From NCBI GenBank assembly GCA_963827235.1, contig CAWHAE010000012.1, positions 608,001 to 672,000 of the forward strand: DNA of 64,000 nucleotides. The letters are read 5' to 3'. The DNA comes from an uncultured bacterium. Its GTDB lineage: Bacteria; Chloroflexota; UBA5177; JANWHV01. The position numbers and the translations under genes are program-made. The number at the start of each line of letters is the position of its first letter. Position 1 is the stretch's first letter. The notes below the pieces were generated by a model that worked only from the letters and a program-made list of their open reading frames with translations, ran no database searches and was not told the origin of the DNA. This document shows, piece after piece, positions 40,755 through 50,200 of the stretch.

Positions 40755-40841
40755 GTCGCTGAACCTCCTTACCCTTCCGAAATGGTGCGGCCGGTGCGCC
40801 GTGCAGCGAAGAACCATGAGCGACACCGAGCCGGCAGGATG

Positions 40842-41729
40842 CTAGATAAACATGCGTTCGATGTTCTGCTCCAGCCGATCGACCATGGCCTGCGGTCGAG
40901 GCGGAAGCTGGCGTGCCAGGCAGGTGGCCAGGGCATCGATCATGGTCAGCTCGGCTATCTTCGAGTCGAGATGCGCGCCCCGGAACGCAGCCTGCAGCTC
41001 CAAGAGGACGAGCACGATGTCGCTCTGCGCCACCAGCGGCGACTGCGGTCGGCTGGTCACGCAGATGGTCGTCGCCCCCGCGGCGCGCGCGATCGCCAGG
41101 CCCATCACCGTGCTGTGCGTGCGTCCCGCCTGGCTGAAGCCAATCGCTACGTCTTCAGCAGTGAGATTGCTCGCCTGAATGGCAATCTGGATCGGATCGT
41201 AGACGGCAGTGCAGTCCAGCCCGAGATGAACGAGCCGGTACACCGCTTCGATCACGAGCAGCCCCGAGCCGCCCACGGCGTAGCAGTGCACGCGACGGGC
41301 TCGCGCTAGCGCGTCCACTGCGCGCTGCAATGACTGCGCTGCCAGCGTTTGGGGTGCCTTCATCAGGGCCTGAGCCTCGGCGAGGAAGACCTTCCGCACC
41401 ACGGCAGCCACGTCGTCCTCGTCCTCGATGTGTACGTCCAGGGAATGATCCTCCGGGTCGGCGACTGACGCCGCCAGGGCCAGGGCAAATTGCCGGTAGC
41501 CCTGGTAGCCGAGAGCGCGAACGAAGCGAAGCACCGTGGTGTCGCTGACGTTGCTGCGCCGCGCCAAGTCCGTGATCGAGAGCCCGACGACGGCGGCCGG
41601 CTGCTGCAAGATGGAGTCGGCGACGCGACGCGCGGTATCGGCCAGGCCGTTATACGCCTGCTCAATGCGCTTCAAGCATTCACGACTACCCGTAACCTGG
41701 GCCGTATCCGAGGTGGCGCTCACAGACAT
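40842..41729 (-). CDS. MurR/RpiR family transcriptional regulator
   Basis: SITDLA..SNVSDTTVLRF...LGY.GY, YAVGGS, GFSQAGRT, ITS..SPL. Confidence 0.92.
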   Translation of the reverse strand: MSVSATSDTAQVTGSRECLKRIEQAYNGLADTARRVADSILQQPAAVVGLSITDLARRSNVSDTTVLRFVRALGYQGYRQFALALAASVADPEDHSLDVHIEDEDDVAAVVRKVFLAEAQALMKAPQTLAAQSLQRAVDALARARRVHCYAVGGSGLLVIEAVYRLVHLGLDCTAVYDPIQIAIQASNLTAEDVAIGFSQAGRTHSTVMGLAIARAAGATTICVTSRPQSPLVAQSDIVLVLLELQAAFRGAHLDSKIAELTMIDALATCLARQLPPRPQAMVDRLEQNIERMFI

Positions 41730-41880
41730 GTGCAACCTTTTCTCGAGCTTCGAGTGATTCGGCGCCGTCGCCGCGTGCAGCGCGGCAGCCTCCACGTGGA
41801 GGGCGCCAGCCGGCTACCCCGAATCATAGCGGAGGCCGGGTAGACGAATCGCATCACTGCCTGGCGCGGTGCTGCCCCGA

Positions 41881-41919
41881 GCAGGAGCCGTGCCGGCACT
41901 GCACCGGCACGGCTCCTGC
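41881..41919. terminator. Perfect 16-bp hairpin after the SBP gene (terminator or mRNA-stabilising stem)
   Basis: GCAGGAGCCGTGCCGG-N7-CCGGCACGGCTCCTGC, starting 4 nt after the SBP stop. Confidence 0.75.
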
Positions 41920-41923
41920 ATTG

Positions 41924-43273
41924 CTATTGGCCGGACGCGCTGTTAATCAGCGTGTTTTGCAGCGAGTGCAGAATGCTGGCGGGAGTGCCCTGGCCATGCA
42001 GTGCGGCGGCCTCCGCGTTCTGGATGTCGGTATCCATCTCACCCGCGTAGCCGACGCGCGGAAACACGTGCGCGTTCGGTCCGTTCGCGATATCAACAAA
42101 TGTCTTGAAGCGCGGATCCTTGCTGATCGCGGATGCCGGAATGTCCTTCAGCTGCGACAGGTTGAACACGCGTGGCGCCATGTAGAGGGTCACGCTCGGA
42201 TCGGTGGACTGGTATTGCAGAAACTCGAACGCCTCCTGCTTGTGCTTCGAGCCGCTGGGGATGACCTGCGGGTCGTTGTCAAGGAATGAGGTGCCGGTGT
42301 AGCGTGAGAGGCCCTGCGGTGCCGGGAAGGGCGCTACGCCGATCTTGGGCTCGAACGCGGGCGGGGCAAAGTCCAGCCACCATTCGCCGTCATATGCCAT
42401 GGCCAGCTTGCCCGAGGCGAAGATGTCGTTGCTGAGATAGGCGCCGGCACTCTTGACGAAGTTGTCGACATTGCGGGCGCCGTACTTGGAGTAGAACTGC
42501 GTTTCCCATGTCAACGCCTTGATGTTCTGCGGCACGTCGGCGGTCGGCTGCTGTGTCTTGGCATTGAACCAGTCGCCTCCGTACAACCAGCCATAGTCCA
42601 CGAGGTTGACGGCCTGTCCGTTGGCCCCTCCCGGCCAGTCCGGAATGAAGCCCATCTGCTCGATCTTGCCGTCCTTGTCCTGCTTGGTCAGCTTGAAAGC
42701 ATCTGCCGTGAGCTCCTCGAGAGTGGTCGGCGCGTGGCTTATGCCGGCCTTTTTGAACAGGTCTGTGTTGTAGATCAGGGCGTGATTGAAGTCCATGAAC
42801 GGAAGCCCATAGACATGGCCGTTGTAGGTGTCCACTTCCAAGCTCTTGGGCACAAAGACGCCGAGGTTGACATGTGCGGCTTTGATGTAGGGATCGAGGT
42901 TCGTGAGCGCTCCTTTTGAGGCCATTTCGGGGAGAAACTGGCCGAGACCAAAGTCTACGATGTCGGGCGGCTGTCCGCCCTGCATGGCCGCGATGATCTT
43001 GGTCGTGTCGGCGACCACCGACTCCTTGATCACGATGTTTGGATGCAGCTTCTCGAACCGGCTGATGATCACCTGCAGGTATTTCTCCTGAACGCCGATC
43101 CACTGGTTGTAGAAGACTAGCGTCACCTTGTCGGCGTGCGAGGATTGCGCGCGCACCGCCGCGGCGCTTGCCGGCAGCAGCAGGAGCACGCAGAGCGAGG
43201 CTGCCAAGATGGGGCGGATGAACCGGCGGCAACTAGGCGTGGACAGACGACCGGGCAGATCCTGTTTTCGCAT
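41924..43273 (-). CDS. Sugar ABC transporter substrate-binding protein
   Basis: Signal peptide; FEKLHPNI.I, G.PPDI, YGLP, YNTDLFKKAGI, F.SGKLAM..DG.W. Confidence 0.92.
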   Translation of the reverse strand: MRKQDLPGRLSTPSCRRFIRPILAASLCVLLLLPASAAAVRAQSSHADKVTLVFYNQWIGVQEKYLQVIISRFEKLHPNIVIKESVVADTTKIIAAMQGGQPPDIVDFGLGQFLPEMASKGALTNLDPYIKAAHVNLGVFVPKSLEVDTYNGHVYGLPFMDFNHALIYNTDLFKKAGISHAPTTLEELTADAFKLTKQDKDGKIEQMGFIPDWPGGANGQAVNLVDYGWLYGGDWFNAKTQQPTADVPQNIKALTWETQFYSKYGARNVDNFVKSAGAYLSNDIFASGKLAMAYDGEWWLDFAPPAFEPKIGVAPFPAPQGLSRYTGTSFLDNDPQVIPSGSKHKQEAFEFLQYQSTDPSVTLYMAPRVFNLSQLKDIPASAISKDPRFKTFVDIANGPNAHVFPRVGYAGEMDTDIQNAEAAALHGQGTPASILHSLQNTLINSASGQ

Positions 43274-43312
43274 ATCTCAATCCCCACGACTCGAAAAAAG
43301 ACCCATGCGACC

Positions 43313-43341
43313 ACTATAGGTGGGAATTTTCCCACTGTCAA
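43313..43341 (-). promoter_or_regulatory. Near-consensus sigma70 promoter with a palindromic operator in the spacer
   Basis: Minus strand TTGACA-17-TATAGT; GTGGGAA-TT-TTCCCAC at 43320-43335. Confidence 0.85.
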
Positions 43342-43710
43342 CAGCTGTGCAAAAAATACCCACCATCCTGCACCCGCACCGGTGTCGACAGCCTGTACCA
43401 TGACCGCAAGCCGGGTGGACTGCTGCCGGCAGCCGGTTGGTCCACAGCGGACTTGCTGGGAGAGAAACAGGGTCAGGCCTGAGCACGCATGGGCTTCCGC
43501 CCAGGATTGACGGCACCGGCAACGTGAACTCCGGAGGCTCGCGCGCTTCGACGTTGTGTATCGGGTCCGGGCTCGAGCGCAACGGGCTCCACGGCACAGG
43601 CTGCCGGGCGACGATGTCATCCGGCCGGTTGAGGGTGCGACAGTGCTTCTGCTGGAGGCAGGCTGGTCGCGCACCGGCCGGCCCTGGGACAGTGGATAGG
43701 GATGCGCAGG

Positions 43711-44670
43711 ATGAAGCACGCTATCGGGCTCGATCTGGGAGGAAGCAGCGCCAAGGTGGCGGTCGTCGAGGACACGGGCATTATTGTCGCGGAGAACACG
43801 GTACCGATCCGGGAGGAGCAGGATGCGGTTTCCGTGCTGGAGCCCGTAGCTGCCATCGTCGATCAAATGCTGGCCAGACAGGCCGGCGACGGCCACCCTA
43901 TAGACGCCGTCGGTTGCGGCTTCTCCGGCTATCTCGACGACACGCACACCGTCGTCGAGCTGAACAATACGCCGGCATTCAACGGCTTTGCCCTGGGAAC
44001 TTGGTTGGCCGAGCGCTGGAAGCTTCCCGTGGTTCTCGATAACGACGCCTGCGTGGCCGCCTATGCCGAGGTGAGGCATCTGCAGGAGGCAAGCGCGCAC
44101 CGGGTGCTGTTCGTCACCGTGGGATCGGGAATCGGCACGGTGCTGGTGGCCGGCGGGGAGATCGTGCGCGTGATGAAGGGCGTCACCGGGGACTCCAGCC
44201 ACCTGATCGTCGACCACGGCAGCGCAGTACGCTGCCCGTACGGCTGCCGTGGCTGCCTGGAAACCGTGGCCTCGGCACGGGCCATTGAGCGCGCAGGCGT
44301 GGCGGCGGCGCGCGACGGCTCCTCGGCCATCCTGGCCCGGCGATCGGCCGACGGCTATGAGATCACCGGACTGGAGGTATCGAGGGCTGCGGCAGCGGGC
44401 GACGCCTCGGCGCAGCGTATCCTCGCGCTCGCGGGTGAATGGCTCGGCGTGGGTCTGGCCAGCCTGGCCTGCGTGTATGCGCCGGACCTTGTTATCCTCG
44501 GCGGGGCGGTGTCGCAAGCTGGCGAGACGTGGTTGCAGAGTGCGAGAACGGCCATGCTGCGGACTGGGTCGCCCTATTGCAGCGACAAGCTGAGCGTCGT
44601 GCGTGCAGCACTGGGCAACCACGCCGGCGTGATCGGCGCCGCGTTGATGGCACTTCAGCCACCCGGCTGA
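43711..44670 (+). CDS. ROK family sugar kinase
   Basis: IGLDLGGS, LDNDA, TVGSGIG, CPYGCRGCLE, VILGG, GN.AGVIGAA; no HTH. Confidence 0.92.
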   Translation: MKHAIGLDLGGSSAKVAVVEDTGIIVAENTVPIREEQDAVSVLEPVAAIVDQMLARQAGDGHPIDAVGCGFSGYLDDTHTVVELNNTPAFNGFALGTWLAERWKLPVVLDNDACVAAYAEVRHLQEASAHRVLFVTVGSGIGTVLVAGGEIVRVMKGVTGDSSHLIVDHGSAVRCPYGCRGCLETVASARAIERAGVAAARDGSSAILARRSADGYEITGLEVSRAAAAGDASAQRILALAGEWLGVGLASLACVYAPDLVILGGAVSQAGETWLQSARTAMLRTGSPYCSDKLSVVRAALGNHAGVIGAALMALQPPG

Positions 44671-44696
44671 AGGCGACCCGAGCGGAATACCACGTG

Positions 44697-44730
44697 GGGG
44701 GCGGGCAAGCAGCAGCGCATGCCCGCCCCC
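44697..44730. terminator. Hairpin between convergent ROK and MCP genes
   Basis: GGGGGCGGGCA / TGCCCGCCCCC 11-bp stem. Confidence 0.6.
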
Positions 44731-44744
44731 GCAGGATCGGCTGC

Positions 44745-46811
44745 TCAGGCGGCGCGGATGGCGTGAACGCCCTGTCTGGTTCCACCCTGCGGCGCGCCGC
44801 CTGACTGCTCGAGCTTGAAGTGCTCGACCATCTCTTGCAGCCCGGCCGCCAGTGCCGCTAGTTCCTGCGCTCCGGCACTCATCTCTTCCACGCTGGCCGT
44901 TTGCTCCTCCGTGGAAGCACTCACCTCTTCCGCGCCGGCCGCGCTCTGCTCGGTCACCGCCGCGATGCTGTCCACAGCGCGGCTGACCTGTGCGGCGCGC
45001 TCTTCCATCAGCTTGGCAGCCAGCCCCATCTTCTCGGAAATGGTGTTCCGCTGTGTGCCCAGCTCGCCCATAGTATTCACATTGCCGGCCAGCGCTTCGG
45101 TTACCGAGGCGATGTGCGTGACCTGCTCCAGGGTACCCTCGACTACCGTGACGATGCTCTGCAGCGTCGCTCGCGTGTTGTCGCCCAGCGAAGCACTCTG
45201 CTCCACCGCAGCAGTTGCCTGCTGCATGGCCGCCACGACTTCCGACACCTGTTGCTGGATGCTGGCGATGCGCTGCGAGATCTCCTTCGTCTCGTTACTG
45301 GAGCGCTCGGCTAGCTTGCGCACCTCGGCCGCCACCACAGTGAAGCCCTTGCCGTGCTCGCCGGCCCGAGCCGCTTCGATGGCCGCGTTGAGCGCCAACA
45401 GGTTGGTCTGGGAGGCAATGTCGTCGATGGCCTCCACGATCTGGCTGATCTCGGCACTCTGCTGGCCGAGCGCCGCTACCTGGCCGGCGCTCTGATGCAC
45501 CGCTTGTCGCGCGGCAGCGATCGTATCGAGGGTCGAGCCGACCACGGTACCGCCTTCGCGTGCCGTGGCGGTCGCCTTCTCCGCCGCCTGCGTAACCTGC
45601 GCCAGGCTGCGCCTGGCCGCGTCCAGCGAAGTGGACGCGTCGATCATGGACTGGCGAACCGAGGCGCCGATCACCTGCTCTTGATCGACACCGTGCGACA
45701 CGTCACGGATGGCCTCGCCGAGCTCGGACACGCGGTGGATGATCTCCGTGGCCTCTCTGCTCTGCTCGCTGGTGCCGCGCGCCACCTCCTCTATGGCACG
45801 TGCGATTTGCTGGCTGGCTTGACCGATCTGTTGCGTGGCCTGGGCCAGTTGGCTGGAGCCGCCCTGCACCTGTTGCGAGGTGTGCGTTACCTGCCCGATC
45901 AGCTCCTGGAGCGACAAGCGGGCCTTGTCGTAGGAGGCCATGACACCGCGAATCTTGGTAAACACGTGGCGCGCCGCTTCCGCGGCACGGCCGATCTCGT
46001 CCTTACTCTGATATCTTGGCGGCTTCGCTCCCCCGAGGGCCACCACGGTGAGATCGCCGTTGGCCAGGGCTTCCATGCCGGCGTCAAGGTCCGTCAGACC
46101 TTTGCGCACGTAGTCCTCCAGTGATTCGACTATCTCAGAGAGCGGACGGGCGAATGACCGGGCGACTACGAGGGCAAGGCCGATCGCCAACAACACCGTG
46201 CCGGCGATTACCAGCAGGAGTTGCCAGACCGCACTATCGTAGCTCCTGTCGGCAGCGTTACCGGTATCGCGCACCTCGGCTCGCAGGGTCTGCTGGAGCC
46301 AGTCGAGGTTGGCGAACAGTTGCTGAGTAACTGTGTTCTCCGCGCCGACCGAGATCTGATCCGATTGGCTGTTGGCGGTCTCACTCGACTGAGCACCCAG
46401 ACTGGCCGCACGCTGGTCGAGCGACACCCATTGTTGCAGCAGTGCCTGCGTCTGAACCGCGCGATGATACTCTTCCGAGGACCGGTCACCGATGCCGGCG
46501 AAGTAGGCTTTGAACTGGGCCTCCGCATCCTGCCGGGAGGCCCGTGCGGTAGACGCGAATTCTGCGATCTGCGTCTTGTTCTGAGTCTGGCCGATAGCGC
46601 GGGTGTTGCTAAGCCCTTTCTGGACGTCGCTCTGGATCGTGAGTGCCTGTACGAGGCTCGGCACCGAGTCGCCGGTCACGACATCGGCAGAGTTGTGCAG
46701 CGTTCCCAGCGCATTGACGCCGACACCGCCAACCACCACAGCCAGCAGTGCCACTGCCATGAAGCTTCCGATCAACTTTGGACCGACTCGCAGGTTCCGA
46801 AACCACGCCAT
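44745..46811 (-). CDS. Methyl-accepting chemotaxis protein (four-helix sensor, HAMP, MA domain)
   Basis: Two TMs; SKDEIG; [38 protein letters not shown]. Confidence 0.95.
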   Translation of the reverse strand: MAWFRNLRVGPKLIGSFMAVALLAVVVGGVGVNALGTLHNSADVVTGDSVPSLVQALTIQSDVQKGLSNTRAIGQTQNKTQIAEFASTARASRQDAEAQFKAYFAGIGDRSSEEYHRAVQTQALLQQWVSLDQRAASLGAQSSETANSQSDQISVGAENTVTQQLFANLDWLQQTLRAEVRDTGNAADRSYDSAVWQLLLVIAGTVLLAIGLALVVARSFARPLSEIVESLEDYVRKGLTDLDAGMEALANGDLTVVALGGAKPPRYQSKDEIGRAAEAARHVFTKIRGVMASYDKARLSLQELIGQVTHTSQQVQGGSSQLAQATQQIGQASQQIARAIEEVARGTSEQSREATEIIHRVSELGEAIRDVSHGVDQEQVIGASVRQSMIDASTSLDAARRSLAQVTQAAEKATATAREGGTVVGSTLDTIAAARQAVHQSAGQVAALGQQSAEISQIVEAIDDIASQTNLLALNAAIEAARAGEHGKGFTVVAAEVRKLAERSSNETKEISQRIASIQQQVSEVVAAMQQATAAVEQSASLGDNTRATLQSIVTVVEGTLEQVTHIASVTEALAGNVNTMGELGTQRNTISEKMGLAAKLMEERAAQVSRAVDSIAAVTEQSAAGAEEVSASTEEQTASVEEMSAGAQELAALAAGLQEMVEHFKLEQSGGAPQGGTRQGVHAIRAA

Positions 46812-47290
46812 TGTGTGCGTCCTTTCTAGTTCGCCGCCCTGTCGTCTGGCCGGCAGAATGCTGTGTCGGCCCGCGATGCCGTGGCGCCGGCGCGCCAATC
46901 CGCCCCTCCTCAACCCGGCACGGACACGGGCCGCGAACCGCAGTCAGTGCTACCAGACCGACCGGCCCGCCCCGTGCTGGTCTGATAGCACATCTGCAAC
47001 CGAGCAGTCGCGTTTGAGCGTTTTGGGGTTCTATGATTATTATCGTCCAGCCTGGGCGGATGGCGAGATACCACTTTGTAGGGGCACGAACGGGGGGAAA
47101 AACGACGAAATCACACAATCGATCTGGCTGAGTTGAGTATCTGGGGGATTGAGCGGCCGCCGAGCCTGCTGTATGATTGGCGCACAGCAGGCGTTTCCCA
47201 AGCGTGTGCGGAACTGCGTCGCAACACGTCTGTAGCGGACGGTGCGCCGGCAACCGAGGTACGGCAGGCGGCTGGAATGACAGGTGCTCC

Positions 47291-50200
47291 ATGGCAGGGG
47301 AATATCTCACAACCGGTCAAGCGGCACGGGTTCTCGGTGTATCGAAAGGAACGATCCTCAACGCCGTCGAGGCCGGTGAGCTCCGAGCGACCTATCGCAT
47401 GCCGGGCGGAGCGTACCGCTTCCAGGCACCCGACGTGGAACGTTATGCGCAGTGGCGGGTGGTCAGGCACCAGGTTGAGGAGCAGACGCGCGCGGCCGTG
47501 AGGACACGGGCGCAACAGGCGGCTGCAGTCGCCGGCGCGTCCATGGAATCCCTGGTGGAGCAGCCCGCAACCGCGACCACCGAGGGTGACGCGAGCACGG
47601 AGGTCGGCGACACTCTCGCCCTCCTGGCCGATAGCCTTCAGGTCGGCGCAACCCTTGTAGCGCGCAACGAAGGCGGCTCCTGGCCGGTTGTGTACGCCTA
47701 CGATCGCGCCGGTATGGGCGTGCGCGCGGGCGCGCCGCTTCCCTGGTCGGAGGTATTCGCCGTCGCACTCGGCGGTGGTCCTATGGCTTCGCTGATCGTG
47801 GAGGACGTGCGCACAGATGCGCGTCTGACCTCGCGTGGAGATTTGCCGCACTGGGGCGTTGGGACGGTGACGGCGGTGCCGCTGCACCGTGCCGGCGGGC
47901 AGATGTACGGCGCGCTGTGCACCCTGCATCCCTCGCCGCGGGCCGTGCCGGGTGGCGAGCTGTCGATGCTGCGGCTGGCCGGTCGCATGGTCGTGCAGGC
48001 TGTGGAAGCGTCGGCCCTGCGCGAGCGGGAGCGCCGGGCCGCGCTGCGGGCGTCGCAGCTGGCGGCGATCGTGGAACAATCGGACGACGCGATATTCCGC
48101 ATGTCGTCGTCCGGCGTGATCGAGACCTGGAATGCTGGCGCAGCCAGGCTCTTCGGCTACACCGCGGACGAGGCTATAGGCCAGGGTATCGCTATGCTCG
48201 CGCCCGCCGACCGTGCGGATGAGCAACCCAGCATGCTGCGGCAGCTCATGCGGGGTCAGGATGTGGCGGACTTGGAGACGGTTCGGCTGCGCAAGGACGG
48301 GAGCGCGGTTCGCGTGTCGCTGACCATATCAGGAATGCGGGACGCGGCCGGCGGGCTGATCGGCGGGTCGGCGATTGCCCGCGATATCAGCGACCGCGCC
48401 CGTGCGCACCAGGCAACGGAGGAGCTGGCGCGGCTGCACCGCGAGCAGGCGGAGGAGGCAGAGGCCGTGGCAGCTGTGGGTGCCGCCCTGTCCGGCTCGC
48501 TGGAGCTACACGAGGTCTATGCGCAGATACTCGACCAGGCGCACAGGCTGCTGCCCTATGATGTTGCCGGCGTGGTGCAATACGAAGGCGAATGGGCGGT
48601 CATCGCGGCCAGCGCGGGCTCGCTGCCTGCGCGCGCCGGTACGCGCTACTACCGGCGGCCCGAGAGCCACCACCTGTGGCGAGTGGGCACCGGGGCAACC
48701 ACCTACGTGCCGGATACCGTGCAAGAGCCGGGCTGGCAGGGCATCGAGCCGGCGGTCGCGGCGCTTGGGCTGCGCAGCGTCGTCCATGTGCCGCTGGTGC
48801 TCGGCGGCGGTCCGGCCGGCTCCCTGGCCGTGGCCAGCCTGCGCCCCAACGCCTACACGGAGCGGCAGATCCGCATGGCGGTCAGGCTCGGCGAGTATGC
48901 GTCGCGGGCCTTGGGCAGCGCGCAGCTCTATGCCAGCGAACAGGCACGCGCGCGGGCCGCCGAGGAGCTGGTGCGGCAGCGCGATGCGAGCGCGGATGCG
49001 CTGCGCACGTTGTCTATGGCGATCGAGCAGAACCCGGCGAGCGTAATCATCACCGATCCTGCCGAACGGATCGAATACGTCAACCCGAAGTTCTGCCACC
49101 TTACGGGGTACGGCGCGGCGGAGGTGGTGGGCAGAAACGCTCGCGATGTGTGGTCCGATCTCAATATGCAGGATGCCTATAGCTCGCTGCTGCAGGCGGC
49201 CACTGCCGGCGACTCCTGGACCGGCATGCTGCGGGTGGAGGGCGTGGATGGCGACACGCGCTGGGAGCGCGTGTCGCTCTCGCCGATCCGGGACGCGGGC
49301 GGCACCGTGAGCCACTTCGTGGTGGTGGCAGAGAATGTGACGGACCGGCAGCAGGCGGAGGTGGCACTGCAGCAGAGCGAGGCGCTGTTCCGAAGCTTGT
49401 ACGAGCACACGCCGGTGGGTGTCGCGCTGGTCGGCCTGGACGGACGCTGTCTGATGGTCAATGCCAGTCTGCAGCGCATCCTTGGCTACGAGGAAGCCGA
49501 GCTGCAAGGCAAGCACTTCACGGAATACGCCCACGCGGACGACGCCGCGGCAGATGAGCAGTTATTCGCGGAGGTTGTAGCCGGCACACGGGACGCCTAT
49601 GCCCTGGAGAAGCGGTACATCAGGAAGGATGGGCAGACGGTGTGGGGCCAGCTCGGGGTGTCGGTCGCGCGAGACCAGGGCGGCGTGCCACGGCGCGTGG
49701 TGCTCACGCTGCTCGACCTGAGCGAGCGTCACGCCGCGGAGCAGCGGCTACGCCAGAGCGAGGAGCATTACCGGCAGATCGTCGAGACCGCGATGGAAGG
49801 TATCTTCCAGTCTGACGCCGAGGACCGTATGGTGTTCGGCAACCAGCGCGCGGCGGACATCATCGGCTATTCGCCGGAGGAGCTGCTCGGGATGCCGGCT
49901 GCTACGCTGAGCGATGCCGAAGATCAGAAGGCATACGCCGCCCGCGCGGCGGCGCGGCAGGCCGGTACCCTGCGAGCCACCCAGTTCGAGCGCACCGTGC
50001 GCCGCAAAGACGGGACATTGCGCTGGGTGCAGGTGTCGCTGGTGCCGCAGTTCGATGCGCAGGGCCGCTACGCCGGGATGTTCGGCATGGTCACCGACAT
50101 TCATCAACGCAAGCAGGCGGAGCAGGCGCTGCGCCGTAGCGAGGAACGCTACAGGCGGATCATCGAGACGGCGCAGGAAGGCGTGTGGCAGCTCGACTTC

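Noticed and set aside
43123-44622. Long antisense ORFs (e.g. 499 aa opposite the ROK gene; similar ones opposite other genes)
   Set aside because: These are shadow ORFs expected from high-GC codon bias; the opposite strand carries the recognisable gene.
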